From Candidatus Acidulodesulfobacterium sp. (GTDB taxonomy: Bacteria > SZUA-79 > Acidulodesulfobacterales > Acidulodesulfobacteraceae): a stretch of DNA of 64,000 nucleotides. Positions 18,141-29,470 of this stretch are shown one piece after another. The notes beneath the pieces are model-generated. The model was given only the letters and a program-made list of their open reading frames with translations, was not told the origin of the DNA and did not search any database. The stretch lies in contig JBMFVW010000001.1 in the NCBI GenBank assembly GCA_049965795.1, forward strand, positions 53,917 to 117,916, given 5' to 3'. The position numbers and the translations under genes are program-made. The first letter of the stretch is position 1, and the number at the start of each line of letters is the position of its first letter.

Positions 18141-19568
18141 TTATTTTGAATTCTTCCCGCCTACTACAATAGAAGGAATTCTTAACGTAGGTTGAGCATC
18201 TGCCACCGGTGCCCCTTGACCGTCTTTACCGCATGTTCCTATACCGAAACCCAAATCGTTTCCTACCATATCTATATTTTTCAATATTTCAGGACCGTTG
18301 CCTATAAGGGTTGCACCGCTCACTGCTTCCTGAACTATGCCTTTTTTAATAATATATCCTTCCATAACGTCAAAAACGAAATCTCCCGTAACGGTATTAA
18401 CCTGTCCTCCTCCCATTTTTTTAACGAATATGCCGTCCTCCACGCTCTTTATAATATTTTCGGGATTAGTTTTGCCGGGCGCAATCATTGTATTAGACAT
18501 TCTGACTATCGGAATATGTTCGTAAGACTGCCTTCTGCCGTTGCCCGTCAATTCGTATCCATATTTTATGTAAGATAATCTGTCCGACATATATTTTTTT
18601 AGTACTCCGTCTTGAACAAGAATATTCTTTCCGGAATAGGTGCCTTCGTCGTCAAATCTGTAAAAACCTCTTTTTCCGACCAATGAAGAATCGTCTATTA
18701 CGGTTATAAGATTTGACGCAACCTGTTCGCCTATTTTGTCGGAATATACGCTCAAACCGTTTCCTGCAATATCGGCTTCCAAACCGTGTCCTATTGCCTC
18801 ATGTATCATGGTTCCGCCCGCTTCGCTGGATAATACTACCGTCATAGGACCCGATGGAGCAAAAGGAGCAGAAAGCTGCGACAATGCCCTGTTTAAAGCT
18901 TTTTTTACTATATCCTGAGGATCGTTAGCGTTAAAAAATTCAAAACCGGTAAATCCGCCTGCAGATTCATAACCAACCTCGGTTTTATTACCGTCCGAAA
19001 CCACTATATTGACTAAAAAAGCTATATTTTCCCTATAATCTTTAACTAAATCGCCTTCCGAATTGACTATCAAAACGTCCTGCTTGTAATCGGAATAGGT
19101 AATATTGGCTTGTACGACTTTTTTGTCGTAGCCCCATGCGTATTCGACGACCGGAGATATTTTATTCAACTTTTCGTCTATAGAAACTTCGGTAACGTCT
19201 TTTATTATATTAAAATCTATTTTCGGCTTTTTTTCGTTAAAGTTTAAAACTAAGTTGCCTGAATTTTTACCGCGTATGTTTCCTTCACTTTTTTTTATAT
19301 CGCTTAAAGCGGCTTTTTTTAGCATGGATGCTATATTTAATAAATTAGATTCCTCCATATTATTCGTATATGCATAATAGGTTTTTTTATTGGATATTAA
19401 CCTTATGCCTGCTCCATGAATTAAACCTTTTATAGCTTTTTCAAGCCTTTTATTTTCATTAGATAAAACCGTCGAAACTTTATTTTCTATAAAAACGTCT
19501 ATAAAATCGTCCGCACCTATTCGCGCATTGTCTATTACGGCTTTAAAATTAATATCTTCTAAGTTCAT
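18141..19568 (-). CDS. tldD: TldD-family metalloprotease
   Basis: 475 aa. 'HEAIGHGLE' zinc motif and glycine-rich C-terminal 'GTCGKDGQ', characteristic of TldD/PmbA. Confidence 0.9.
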   Translation of the reverse strand: MNLEDINFKAVIDNARIGADDFIDVFIENKVSTVLSNENKRLEKAIKGLIHGAGIRLISNKKTYYAYTNNMEESNLLNIASMLKKAALSDIKKSEGNIRGKNSGNLVLNFNEKKPKIDFNIIKDVTEVSIDEKLNKISPVVEYAWGYDKKVVQANITYSDYKQDVLIVNSEGDLVKDYRENIAFLVNIVVSDGNKTEVGYESAGGFTGFEFFNANDPQDIVKKALNRALSQLSAPFAPSGPMTVVLSSEAGGTMIHEAIGHGLEADIAGNGLSVYSDKIGEQVASNLITVIDDSSLVGKRGFYRFDDEGTYSGKNILVQDGVLKKYMSDRLSYIKYGYELTGNGRRQSYEHIPIVRMSNTMIAPGKTNPENIIKSVEDGIFVKKMGGGQVNTVTGDFVFDVMEGYIIKKGIVQEAVSGATLIGNGPEILKNIDMVGNDLGFGIGTCGKDGQGAPVADAQPTLRIPSIVVGGKNSK

Positions 19569-19676
19569 TTTATTTGTCCCCTGCTAATATTATATTTTTA
19601 TACTTATATAATAGCAGAAAATACCTTGACCGACAAGGAAAAACATAAAAAAACGCTATTTAAATAACGTATAAAA

Positions 19677-19705
19677 TTGACTTTAAGCAAAATTTTACTT
19701 AAAAT
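19677..19705 (+). promoter_or_regulatory. Sigma-70-type promoter of alr (TTGACT - 17 nt - TAAAAT)
   Basis: TTGACT at 19677..19682, a 17-nt spacer, then TAAAAT at 19700..19705. The -10 box ends 6 nt before the alr ATG (19712) and no Shine-Dalgarno sequence lies between them. Confidence 0.5.
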
Positions 19706-19711
19706 AAATCT

Positions 19712-20887
19712 ATGGAAGATACATATTTATATATAAATCTTAATAACCTCATAAATAATCTTAACTTTCTTAAAAACCTTATATCTTCAAAGGATAAAAA
19801 GATTATAGCCGTCATTAAATCCGACGCATACGGACACGGGCTTTTACCTGTAGCCGAAACCCTTTTTAAAAACGGAATAGATTTTTTCGGAATTATAGGA
19901 ATTGAAGAAGCCGAAAATATTTTAAAAAAAATACCCGCCGCAAAACTTCTTATGCTGAAAGGAATTAATTTGGAAAATTTAAAGGCGGCAAGCGCTTTAA
20001 ATTTAAGCATAGGCGTATATAGCTTGGATTATCTAAAAGAATTATTAGATAAAATGAAATCTTCAAAAATAAATAAACCTTTAAATTTGCATTTAAAATT
20101 CGATACCGGCATGAACAGGCTTGGTTTTGGAGAAAAAGATACGGAAGAAGTTATCCGTATTATTAACGACAATAAAAACTATTTTAGAATTGAAGGCATA
20201 TTCAGCCATTTATCCAAAGGAAACGACCTAGAATATACCGATTACCAAATAAAAAATTTTAAAAAAATACTTAATGTTTTCCAAAAACATAAAATAAATT
20301 CACAATATATACATATAAGCGCAAGTTCTTCCATTTTAAACGGCAGTTTGCTGGACGACTGCTCAAATGCCGTAAGACCCGGAATTTCTCTCTACGGATT
20401 CGATCCAAATAAAGAAATTAAATACGATATAAACAATGCCGAAAATATTAACAGCATTAATTATAATAAAAATACAAGCGTATTAAAACTTGAACAGTTA
20501 ATGACTTTAAAATCTAAAATTTTACAAATTAAAAATATAAAAAAAGGTAGTTTTGTATCATACAATAATACTTTCAAAGCTGACCGCGACATGACTATAG
20601 GAATAGTTTCCGCAGGCTATGACAACGGCATACCGCGTCTTTTGTCAAACAAAGGAAGGTTTTTAATAAACGGCAGTTTTGCGCCTATAGTAGGCGTAGT
20701 TACGATGAATATGACTATAACCGATATTTCCCGAATAAAAAACATTAAAGTCGGCGATGAAGTTATAATTACCGGAAAAGACGGCTTGAACGAAATAGAA
20801 ATAGACGAAATAGCATCTATTTCGGAAACTATTCCTTATGAAATATGTCTTAATCTTGGAAAATCAAATAAAAAAATATACGTTTAA
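19712..20887 (+). CDS. alr: Alanine racemase
   Basis: PLP-lysine motif 'AVIKSDAYGHG' at the expected position. C-terminal beta-domain with 'VSYN' and 'GYDNG' motifs. Confidence 0.9.
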   Translation: MEDTYLYINLNNLINNLNFLKNLISSKDKKIIAVIKSDAYGHGLLPVAETLFKNGIDFFGIIGIEEAENILKKIPAAKLLMLKGINLENLKAASALNLSIGVYSLDYLKELLDKMKSSKINKPLNLHLKFDTGMNRLGFGEKDTEEVIRIINDNKNYFRIEGIFSHLSKGNDLEYTDYQIKNFKKILNVFQKHKINSQYIHISASSSILNGSLLDDCSNAVRPGISLYGFDPNKEIKYDINNAENINSINYNKNTSVLKLEQLMTLKSKILQIKNIKKGSFVSYNNTFKADRDMTIGIVSAGYDNGIPRLLSNKGRFLINGSFAPIVGVVTMNMTITDISRIKNIKVGDEVIITGKDGLNEIEIDEIASISETIPYEICLNLGKSNKKIYV

Positions 20888-20898
20888 AATTTAAAAAA

Positions 20899-20920
20899 CC
20901 CGCCAAACGGCGGGTTTTTT
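20899..20920. terminator. Bidirectional rho-independent terminator between convergent alr and nfu
   Basis: CCCGCC-AAAC-GGCGGG hairpin flanked by an A-run upstream and a T-run downstream. Confidence 0.85.
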
Positions 20921-20956
20921 ATTTATATTCGGATTATAGATTATCTGCAGAATTAA

Positions 20957-21187
20957 TTAAACTGCATTAACTTCTTTGACTCCAGGAATACGTTCCTTAA
21001 GAAGGCGTTCTATTCCGCCTTTTAGCGTCATTATTGAACCCATACAGTGGGCGCATGCCCCTTTAAGTCTAACATCGACGGTTCCGTCGTCATGTATATT
21101 GACTAATTCTACGTCTCCTCCGTCATACTGCAGCGAAGGCCTTATTTCGTCTATTACCTTTGATACTTCAGCTCTATCTAATGCCAT
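20957..21187 (-). CDS. NifU C-terminal-domain (Nfu-type) Fe-S cluster scaffold/carrier protein
   Basis: 76 aa. 'IRPSLQYDGGDVELV' and 'GACAHCMGS' CxxC motif. Confidence 0.85.
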   Translation of the reverse strand: MALDRAEVSKVIDEIRPSLQYDGGDVELVNIHDDGTVDVRLKGACAHCMGSIMTLKGGIERLLKERIPGVKEVNAV

Positions 21188-21280
21188 ATATCCTCCCTAT
21201 TATTTATTTTTTTTCTTTAACCGTCATGTCTAAAATGCGGCTGTTTAAAGCTAACTCCTAACTCTGTTAATATTATACAT

Positions 21281-21775
21281 CTATATGTATTTAATGTCAA
21301 TTATTTCAAACTCTTTAACGCCGTTAGGAACGTTAATTTTTGCTTCGTCGCCGATGCATTTACCTATTAAAGCCTTAGCGATAGGCGAGCTTATAGAAAT
21401 CTTGCATTCTTTAATATTGGACTCGGCATCCCCCACTATCTTATAAGTCACTTCCTTGTCCGTATTTAAGTCGAGTAAAGTAACGGTTGCGCCGAATACT
21501 ATCTTTTCTTCGCATATTTTAGATACGTCGATAACCTGAGCCCTTGCAATCCGATCTTCAAGCTCCATAATCTTGCCGTTTATAAAGCCCTGTTTGTCTT
21601 TAGCATATTGATATTCCGCATTTTCTGAAAGATCTCCGTGCGCCCTTGCCTCTTCTATAGCTTTTATATTCGCGGGTCTTTCTACGGATTTGAGTCTTTT
21701 CAGCTCTTTAAGCAAGTTTTCATGACCCTCTTTAGTTATATAAAAGGCTTTTTCGTTGGCTGACAAAATTATCAC
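21281..21775 (-). CDS. greA: Transcription elongation factor GreA
   Basis: 'AIEEARAHGDLSENAEYQYAKDKQ' is the GreA acidic-tip signature. Size is as expected. Confidence 0.92.
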   Translation of the reverse strand: MIILSANEKAFYITKEGHENLLKELKRLKSVERPANIKAIEEARAHGDLSENAEYQYAKDKQGFINGKIMELEDRIARAQVIDVSKICEEKIVFGATVTLLDLNTDKEVTYKIVGDAESNIKECKISISSPIAKALIGKCIGDEAKINVPNGVKEFEIIDIKYI

Positions 21776-21801
21776 CTCCCGGATGAATTTTAATATTTTT
21801 A

Positions 21802-24800
21802 TTATATACCTTTATAATAATCCTGCAAAGCTTTAACGGCAATGTTATTTTCCTTGAGAGCTTTAATAGCCATGCACGCAGCTTCCGCCCCCCGTATAGT
21901 CGTATAATAAGGCAGCGAAAATTCTATTGCGCTTCTTCTTATAGCATAAGAATCTTCCAACGATTTTTGCCCGCGGGGCGTATTGATTATCATAGATATT
22001 TCTTTATTTTTAAGCGCATCTATGATATGCGGACGTCCTTCTTTCACTTTGTTTATTTTTACGTTTTTAATGCCTATTCCGTCTAAATATTCGGATGTTC
22101 CTTTAGTCGCAAATATATTAAGTCCTGCTTCGGTTAAAGATCCGCCCAATTCTTTTAAATATTTTTTGTCTTCATCTTTTACGCTTATAAGAACGCTGCC
22201 GGCAAGAGGCAGGTTTTGCCCCGCTGCTATCTGCGACTTTGCATAAGCCATTCCGAAACTTGAATCTATTCCCATAACTTCTCCCGTAGATCTCATTTCC
22301 GGACCAAGCATCGGATCGACGTTGGAAAATTTGGAAAAAGGAAATACGGCTTCTTTTACGCAGTAATAATCAATATCAAAAGATCTTCCTAGATTAAAAC
22401 TTTTAAGTTTTTCTCCTAGCATAATTCTGGTAGCTAATTTTGCTATCTGTATTCCTGTGGCCTTACCTATAAACGGAACCGTTCTCGATGCTCTAGGATT
22501 TACTTCTATAATATATATTTTCTCGTTTTTTACGGCAAACTGAATATTAATAAGTCCGCTGACATGGAATTCCCTGCATATAGTTTCGGTAATATCTTTA
22601 ATGTTTTCCATGGATTTGTTGTCTAAAGAAAAAGAGGGGAGCGAACATGCGCTGTCTCCGGAATGAACTCCCGCTTCTTCTATGTGTTCCATTATTCCGG
22701 CTATATAAACGGATTCACCGTCGCTTAAGGCATCTACGTCTATTTCTATAGCGTCTTCTAAAAATTTGTCTATAAGTATAGGAAAAGAAACATCTTGTTT
22801 AAATATCTTTTTTATATATTCCGTAAGCCCATCCTCTCCATATATAACTTCCATAGCCCTGCCGCCAAGAACGTATGAAGGTCTTAAAAGAACAGGAAAG
22901 CCTATAGATATTGCTTTGTCAAATATTTCTTCTCCGCTGAAAGCCATAGAACTTTCGGGCTGTAATAAATTTAGTTTATTTATTATATTTTTAAATTTTT
23001 CCCTGTCTTCCGCTATGTCTATATATTTATAAGGCGTCCCAAGAATCTTTATGCCTTGCGAATCAAATTTCTTTGCTAATTTAAGAGGGGTCTGTCCGCC
23101 GAACTGAAGTATAACCGGAGGATTGTCTTCGGCATTGCATACCGCTTCGGCATCTTCAAAAGTTAAAGGCTCAAAATAAAGCCTCGATGAAGTATCGTAA
23201 TCCGTAGAAACTGTTTCAGGATTACAGTTAAGCATTATAGAGGAAAACTTTTTCTCCTTTAACGCAAAAGAACAATGAACGCAGCAGTAGTCGAATTCTA
23301 TGCCCTGCCCTATTCTGTTGGGGCCGCTGCCCAAAATAACCACCTTATCGTTATTAATCGGTTCTATTTCGTTAAATTTATCGAATGAGGAATACATATA
23401 AGGCGTAGCGGCTTCAAATTCCGCCGCACAGGTATCGACCTTTTTAAAGACTCTTTTTATTCCGGCGTCTTTTAATGCTCCGTAAACGGCGTTTTCGGTT
23501 TCTTCGATTATTAAAATAGCCTGAGGGTCTTTTTTTAAATATTCTTCGGGTAAAATATGTTTTCCGTCTTTTTTTCTTGCAATTAATTTTGCAATAATCC
23601 TGTTTGAAAAACCCATCTCCTTAGATTCTTTAAGAATGTCTATATCCTTTAGAGGTTCGCCGGCAAAAAACAGCTTTCTTTCATGTTCTATTATCGATTC
23701 TATCTGAGTAAGAAACCACATATCTATTTTAGAAAATTCATTAATTTCTTTAGCCGAAAATCCGGATCTTAATGCGTCGGCTATTAAAAAAAGCCTTCTA
23801 AAATCGTTATTTTTTATTAAAGATTTAATTTCTTCTTTAACGGTTCCCAAATCCTCTTTTTCGCTTATTAAATCGTAAGAAAGATCTAAGCCGTAAAGCG
23901 ATTCTATACCGTAATATCCGTTTTCTAAAGACCTTGCCGCTTTTTGCAGGGATTCGGCAAAGGTTCTTCCGATTGCCATTACTTCGCCTACCGATTTCAT
24001 ATGTGTGGTCAGCGTACTGTCGGTTTGAGGAAATTTTTCAAAAGTAAAACGAGGTATTTTAGTTACTACATAATCTATAGAGGGCTCAAAACAAGCAAGC
24101 GTTTTTTTTGTTATATCGTTGGTAATTTCGTCTAACGTATATCCTACTGCAAGTTTTGCCGCAATTTTTGCAATGGCAAAACCTGTTGCTTTAGAGGCAA
24201 GGCTTGAGCTTCGCGATACCCTCGGATTCATTTCTATTACGTAAACGTCTTCGGAATAGGGGTCTAAAGCAAACTGAATATTTGAGCCGCCGGTTTCCAC
24301 GCCTATTTCGCCCATTATCTTTATAGAATAATCCCTGATTTTCTGAAGATCTTTGTCGCTCAGAGTTTGAACCGGAGCAATAGTTATGGAATCGCCGGTA
24401 TGAATTCCCATAGGATCAAGATTTTCTATAGTGCATATTATAATGGTATTTTTATTTTTATCTGTCATTACTTCAAGTTCTACTTCCTTAAATCCTATTG
24501 CGGATTTTTCTATCAATATTTCGCTTATCGGGCTTAAATTCAAACCGTTAGCTGCTATTTCCCCAAACTCGTATATATTATAGGCTATTCCGCCGCCGCT
24601 TCCGCCGAGAGTAAAAGAAGGTCTTATAATAACCGGAAATCCGATGGTTTTTTGAACTTCATACGCTTCGTCCATATTTCTGGCGAAACCGCCCTGTAAA
24701 ACAGGCACCCCGATTTTCTCCATGCTTTTCTTGAAATATTCCCTATCTTCCGCTTTTTTAATAGCGTCTATATTTGCGCCCAAAATATTTAATCCGTATT

Positions 24801-25128
24801 TTTGTATCACTCCGGCATCAAAAAGCTCCAGGGTTAAATTGAGTGCGGTCTGTCCTCCAAGCGTCGGCAATATGCTGTCCGGTCTTTCTTTTTCTATAAT
24901 TTTTTCTACAAAATCTTTAGTGAGCGGCTCTATATACGTCTTATAGGCATTGTCGGGATCGGTCATTATGGTTGCCGGATTTGAATTTACCAATATTACT
25001 TCGTATCCTTCCTCGGTAAGAGCTTTAGCTCCCTGCGTACCGGAATAATCAAACTCGGCAGCCTGCCCTATTACTATAGGTCCTGAACCTATTATCAAAA
25101 TTCTTTTAATATCCGTTCTTTTAGGCAT
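21802..25128 (-). CDS. carB: Carbamoyl-phosphate synthase large subunit
   Basis: 1108 aa. Duplicated ATP-grasp halves, N-terminal '[23 protein letters not shown]' and C-terminal MGS-like domain. Confidence 0.97.
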   Translation of the reverse strand: MPKRTDIKRILIIGSGPIVIGQAAEFDYSGTQGAKALTEEGYEVILVNSNPATIMTDPDNAYKTYIEPLTKDFVEKIIEKERPDSILPTLGGQTALNLTLELFDAGVIQKYGLNILGANIDAIKKAEDREYFKKSMEKIGVPVLQGGFARNMDEAYEVQKTIGFPVIIRPSFTLGGSGGGIAYNIYEFGEIAANGLNLSPISEILIEKSAIGFKEVELEVMTDKNKNTIIICTIENLDPMGIHTGDSITIAPVQTLSDKDLQKIRDYSIKIMGEIGVETGGSNIQFALDPYSEDVYVIEMNPRVSRSSSLASKATGFAIAKIAAKLAVGYTLDEITNDITKKTLACFEPSIDYVVTKIPRFTFEKFPQTDSTLTTHMKSVGEVMAIGRTFAESLQKAARSLENGYYGIESLYGLDLSYDLISEKEDLGTVKEEIKSLIKNNDFRRLFLIADALRSGFSAKEINEFSKIDMWFLTQIESIIEHERKLFFAGEPLKDIDILKESKEMGFSNRIIAKLIARKKDGKHILPEEYLKKDPQAILIIEETENAVYGALKDAGIKRVFKKVDTCAAEFEAATPYMYSSFDKFNEIEPINNDKVVILGSGPNRIGQGIEFDYCCVHCSFALKEKKFSSIMLNCNPETVSTDYDTSSRLYFEPLTFEDAEAVCNAEDNPPVILQFGGQTPLKLAKKFDSQGIKILGTPYKYIDIAEDREKFKNIINKLNLLQPESSMAFSGEEIFDKAISIGFPVLLRPSYVLGGRAMEVIYGEDGLTEYIKKIFKQDVSFPILIDKFLEDAIEIDVDALSDGESVYIAGIMEHIEEAGVHSGDSACSLPSFSLDNKSMENIKDITETICREFHVSGLINIQFAVKNEKIYIIEVNPRASRTVPFIGKATGIQIAKLATRIMLGEKLKSFNLGRSFDIDYYCVKEAVFPFSKFSNVDPMLGPEMRSTGEVMGIDSSFGMAYAKSQIAAGQNLPLAGSVLISVKDEDKKYLKELGGSLTEAGLNIFATKGTSEYLDGIGIKNVKINKVKEGRPHIIDALKNKEISMIINTPRGQKSLEDSYAIRRSAIEFSLPYYTTIRGAEAACMAIKALKENNIAVKALQDYYKGI

Positions 25129-25163
25129 ATAATTATTGGTATTATTAAATTATAAAGTTAATA

Positions 25164-26144
25164 TTAATTTATTTTATTTATATCGGCTAAATCTTCGTCA
25201 AAACATTTATCGTTTTGAAAAAAACCCGTCAAATTATTGCATATTAACGATTCGACCGCAGCCGAATATTCTCCGTTAGTGATCGGCATCGATAGCGTAT
25301 CGTCGTACTTGGCTTTATAAGCCGGAAAATACTGGCTCATTATGCTTACGGGAACATCTGCGCCAAGCTCTTCGGCTATAAATTTAAAAGAATCCTCATA
25401 ACCGCTTATTCCGTTCGGCAAAACAAGATGTCTTATAAGAAGTCCCGACACGGCAATGCCGGTTTTTTTATTTATTCTTAGCTCCCTAACCTGTTCATAC
25501 ATTATTTTTAAAGCCTTTCTGTTTATTTCTACATAATTAGTTATGCCGGAATATTTTAAAGCATATCCGTCATCGGCATATTTAATGTCGGGAAGATATA
25601 TATCTATTAAATTATCCAGCAAATCCAAAAGTTTTTCGTCTTCATATCCTGAACTGTTATAAACAATCGGTATTTTAAGCCCTATTTTTTTAGCCAAAAA
25701 AATGGACTCGGCGACAAAAGGCATATAATGGGCAGACGTTACGAGATTAATGTTATTAGCCCCTTTTCCCTGCAATTTCAGCATTTTTTCCGCAAATTCT
25801 GCCGTATCAAAATATGTTCCGACACAATATCTGCTTATAGGATAATTTTGGCAAAACTTGCATTTAAGAGAACAGCCGCTAAAAAATACCGTTCCGGAAC
25901 CTGTTTTCCCCGATATAGGCGGTTCTTCCCCAAAATGAAGATTTATACTGGCTATTTTAAGCTTATCTTCTCCGCCGCACAAACCTTTTTCGCCTTTTAA
26001 CCTTTTTGCTCCGCATCGTCTCGGACATAATCGGCAATTTTCGGCTAAATCGTAAAGCGCATCTATTTTTGATATAAAATCTGCGTTAGAAATATTAAGA
26101 AACGAAGGCTTAAACGAATTAAAATTATCGCTTATTTTAAACAT
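25164..26144 (-). CDS. Radical SAM protein (PflX / COG1313-like activase family)
   Basis: CxxxCxxC as 'CSLKCKFCQNY', preceded by a Cys-rich 'CRLCPRRCGAKR..GLCG' segment. The start overlaps the carA stop by 13 nt. Confidence 0.8.
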   Translation of the reverse strand: MFKISDNFNSFKPSFLNISNADFISKIDALYDLAENCRLCPRRCGAKRLKGEKGLCGGEDKLKIASINLHFGEEPPISGKTGSGTVFFSGCSLKCKFCQNYPISRYCVGTYFDTAEFAEKMLKLQGKGANNINLVTSAHYMPFVAESIFLAKKIGLKIPIVYNSSGYEDEKLLDLLDNLIDIYLPDIKYADDGYALKYSGITNYVEINRKALKIMYEQVRELRINKKTGIAVSGLLIRHLVLPNGISGYEDSFKFIAEELGADVPVSIMSQYFPAYKAKYDDTLSMPITNGEYSAAVESLICNNLTGFFQNDKCFDEDLADINKIN

Positions 26145-27229
26145 ATCGCTTTAAATTCGGAAAACAGATACCGAGAATCTCTAGGTCCAGGGGAACTTTC
26201 CGGATGATATTGAACGGAAAACGCCTTTAACCTTTCGTTCTTAATGCCTTCTACGGTATCGTCGTTCAAATTTATATGGGTCAAAACGGTATCCTTATTA
26301 TCCGATTTACCTTGAAAATCTACGCAAAAACCATGATTTTGTGAAGTAATTTCTACATTGCCGTTTTTTAAATTTTTAACGGGCTGATTTATTCCGTGAT
26401 GGCCAAATTTTAACTTATAAGTTTTAAAACCTAAAGCTCTAGATAAAAGCTGATGTCCGAGACATATTCCGAAAATGGGCTTCTCGCCTAACAAACTTTT
26501 AATAGTTTCGGCTTCTTCATCCATAGTCTGCGGATCGCCGGGTCCGTTCGACAAAAGAATTCCGTCAGGTTCGGTATCTAATATCTCTTTTTTGGAAAAA
26601 TTGTGCGGCACGACGGTAACATCGGCTTTTATATCGTTTAAACATCTGATCGTATTAAGTTTAACTCCGTAATCGATAACGGTAACCCTGAATTCGGGAA
26701 AGTCCGTTTTATTTTCGTAAGCCTTTTTACATGAAACATTTGAAACTAAATTTAAACCCTCCATTTTTGGCAAAGCATTTAATTTTCTTTTAATATAATC
26801 AATGCCTGCTTCTTTCGGAGCTATATACAAGTTAGACTGCCCTCCGTCTCTTATCGTAATAGTCAAATACCTCGTATCTATTCCCGATATAACCGGATAA
26901 CCGTATGAATTTATAAATTCGGATAAGCTTTTAACTGCTGCGTAATGAGAATAATTATTGACGTAATTTTTTGTTACCAAACCTGAAATCCATACTTTAT
27001 CGGACTCAAAATCAAACTCGTTTATTCCGTAATTGCCGATCATAGGATAAGTCATCACCACGACCTGCCCGTTATAAGACGGGTCTGTAACCAGTTCCTG
27101 ATAACCGTTCATAGCGGTATTAAAAACTGCTTCTCCGCCCGATTCTAAAGGCTTACCTTCATAGAATCCTTCGTAAAAATCCCCATTTTCAAACATCAAT
27201 ACGGCTCTTTCTTTTTTAAAAATGTTCAT
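26132..27229 (-). CDS. carA: Carbamoyl-phosphate synthase small (glutaminase) subunit
   Basis: Class I amidotransferase 'GICLGHQL' and 'HPE' catalytic motifs. N-terminal CPSase small-chain domain. Confidence 0.95.
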   Translation of the reverse strand: MNIFKKERAVLMFENGDFYEGFYEGKPLESGGEAVFNTAMNGYQELVTDPSYNGQVVVMTYPMIGNYGINEFDFESDKVWISGLVTKNYVNNYSHYAAVKSLSEFINSYGYPVISGIDTRYLTITIRDGGQSNLYIAPKEAGIDYIKRKLNALPKMEGLNLVSNVSCKKAYENKTDFPEFRVTVIDYGVKLNTIRCLNDIKADVTVVPHNFSKKEILDTEPDGILLSNGPGDPQTMDEEAETIKSLLGEKPIFGICLGHQLLSRALGFKTYKLKFGHHGINQPVKNLKNGNVEITSQNHGFCVDFQGKSDNKDTVLTHINLNDDTVEGIKNERLKAFSVQYHPESSPGPRDSRYLFSEFKAICLK

Positions 27230-27252
27230 ATTTAATTCATTAATATTTTTAT

Positions 27253-28539
27253 TTAATTTTCTTTTAAAATTTTACCGCCTGCTATAATAAAAGAGGATTT
27301 GCCTTTAAATTTTTCTCCTATAAAAGGTGAATTTTTACTCAAAGATTTAATCCCCTTTTCGGTAAACTGCCATTTTTTATTTATATCTACTACGGTAATA
27401 TCGCCTATATAACCGTTAGATACGGAACCCCTTCCTTTTATATTTAGAATTTTCGCCGGATTCAAAGACATAAGCTCTGCAATTCTCATTAACGAAATTT
27501 TCTTATCGTGAAAAAGCCTTAGAGTTAAAGGCAATGAAGTTTCTAAGCCTATAATTCCAAAAGGAGCGGCATCCAAAGTGTCGTCCTTTTCATCTTTAGC
27601 GTGAGGAGCATGATCGGTGGCTATTACGTCTATAGTTCCGTCCTGTATAGCTTCTATTAAGGCTCTTTTATCCATTTCAGTCCTTAAGGGAGGATTCATT
27701 TTTGCGTTGGTATTATAATCTACCAAAGATTCTTCAGTAAGAGAAAAATAATGGGGACATGTTTCGCAGGTAACTTTTGTCCCAGTTTTTTTTGCCTGTT
27801 TTATAATATTTACGGAACCCGCCGTAGAAACATGCGCTACGTGAAGTTTTACGCCGTAATATCCTGCAAGAATAACGTCTCTTGCGGTGCCTATATCTTC
27901 GGCGATACCAGGCATACCGATTACGCCGAGCCGTTCCGACATAATCCCTTCGTTTATTATGCCTTTGCCGCGCAATTTTATATCTTCGCTGTGCGATATA
28001 ACCGGTAAATTAAAAGTATCGGCATATAATAACGCCCTGCCCATAAGAGCCGAATCTTCTACAGGGTTGCCGTCGTCGCTAAGCGCAACGGCTCCGGCTT
28101 CTTTAAGTTTTCCTATATCGGCAAGAGAATCGCCTTTAAGCCCCTTAGAAATAGCACCTATAGGAAATAAGTTTATTAAATCTAAATTTTTTGCCTTGTC
28201 TATTAAAAACCGGGTCACCTCTTCCGAATCGTTTACAGGATTAGTGTTCGGCATACAGCATATAGAGGTAAATCCTCCCGATATTGCCGCCTCCATTCCC
28301 GATTTTATCGTCTCTTTGTATTCGTAACCCGGCTCCCTTAAATGAACGTGCATATCTATTAAACCTGGAAAAACTATTAAACCGTCGGCGGATAAGGTTT
28401 TAACTCCGTCATTAGCGCCTGCCGGTTTTTTAGCCGGCAGGTCTTTTATTATTCCGTTTTCTATATAGATGTCTCTTTTGACTTCCGTTTTAGTCAAAGG
28501 GTCGATAACTATGCCGTTTTTTATTAAAAGTTTATCCAT
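27253..28539 (-). CDS. pyrC: Dihydroorotase
   Basis: 'DMHVHLREPG' metal-binding motif and 'ATDHAPH'. Located in the pyr cluster. Confidence 0.92.
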   Translation of the reverse strand: MDKLLIKNGIVIDPLTKTEVKRDIYIENGIIKDLPAKKPAGANDGVKTLSADGLIVFPGLIDMHVHLREPGYEYKETIKSGMEAAISGGFTSICCMPNTNPVNDSEEVTRFLIDKAKNLDLINLFPIGAISKGLKGDSLADIGKLKEAGAVALSDDGNPVEDSALMGRALLYADTFNLPVISHSEDIKLRGKGIINEGIMSERLGVIGMPGIAEDIGTARDVILAGYYGVKLHVAHVSTAGSVNIIKQAKKTGTKVTCETCPHYFSLTEESLVDYNTNAKMNPPLRTEMDKRALIEAIQDGTIDVIATDHAPHAKDEKDDTLDAAPFGIIGLETSLPLTLRLFHDKKISLMRIAELMSLNPAKILNIKGRGSVSNGYIGDITVVDINKKWQFTEKGIKSLSKNSPFIGEKFKGKSSFIIAGGKILKEN

Positions 28540-29470
28540 TAAGTTTCTGATATCCTATTAAAATATAAAGACATGCCATTCTAACGGCTACGCCGTTTTC
28601 AACCTGTTTAAATATATGAGTCTTATTTTCGTTTATTATACTGCCGGAAATTTCCACGTCTCTGTTTACAGGTCCGGGATGAAGCACCATAACTTTTTTA
28701 TCGGCTTTTGACAAAAGCTCAGGCGTCAACCTGAAAAAATTTCTGTATTCTTCTATTGACGGTATAAAATAATAACCGGCTCTTTCTTTTTGTATCCTCA
28801 ACATTATTATAACATCGGCATTTTTAACCGCTTCTTCCATACTTTTTGCAATAAATACTTTGCCGCCGCCGTATTCCGTCATCCTCGGTAAAAGAGAATG
28901 CGGCGCATAAAGATAAATTTCTGCGCCTAATTTTGAAAATCCGTAAATATCGGATCTTGCGACTCTTGAGTGATATATATCTCCTATTATAGCCACTTTA
29001 AGAGACTTAAAATCTTTTTTTGCTTCCGCAACCGTCATAATATCCAAAAGACACTGGGTAGGATGTTCGTTTATGCCGTCTCCGGCATTAACTACGGAAG
29101 CTTTTGTAAGTTTAGATATGAAGTACGCCGCTCCGGATTCGGAATGCCTGATAACAAAAGCATCTGGCTTCATAGCTTCAAGATTAAGCAGGGTATCTTT
29201 AAGGCTTTCCCCTTTTACGACGGAGCTTTGCGAAACTGCAATGCTTAAAGAATCTGCGCTTAGTCTTTTTTGCGCTATTTCAAAAGACGTCCTTGTCCTG
29301 GTGGACGGTTCGTAAAAAATATTTACTACTGTTTTTCCCCTTAGCGTCGGAACTTTCTTTATGTCTTTTAGGGAAATTTTTTTAAATTCTTTTGCGGTTT
29401 CGACAAAATAATTAATATCGGATGCCGATAGGTCTTTAATAGAAATGAGGTCTTTTTTTTGAAAGCTCAT
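28532..29470 (-). CDS. pyrB: Aspartate carbamoyltransferase catalytic subunit
   Basis: 'STRTRTSFE' carbamoyl-phosphate binding motif and 'HPGP' motif. Confidence 0.95.
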   Translation of the reverse strand: MSFQKKDLISIKDLSASDINYFVETAKEFKKISLKDIKKVPTLRGKTVVNIFYEPSTRTRTSFEIAQKRLSADSLSIAVSQSSVVKGESLKDTLLNLEAMKPDAFVIRHSESGAAYFISKLTKASVVNAGDGINEHPTQCLLDIMTVAEAKKDFKSLKVAIIGDIYHSRVARSDIYGFSKLGAEIYLYAPHSLLPRMTEYGGGKVFIAKSMEEAVKNADVIIMLRIQKERAGYYFIPSIEEYRNFFRLTPELLSKADKKVMVLHPGPVNRDVEISGSIINENKTHIFKQVENGVAVRMACLYILIGYQKLNG

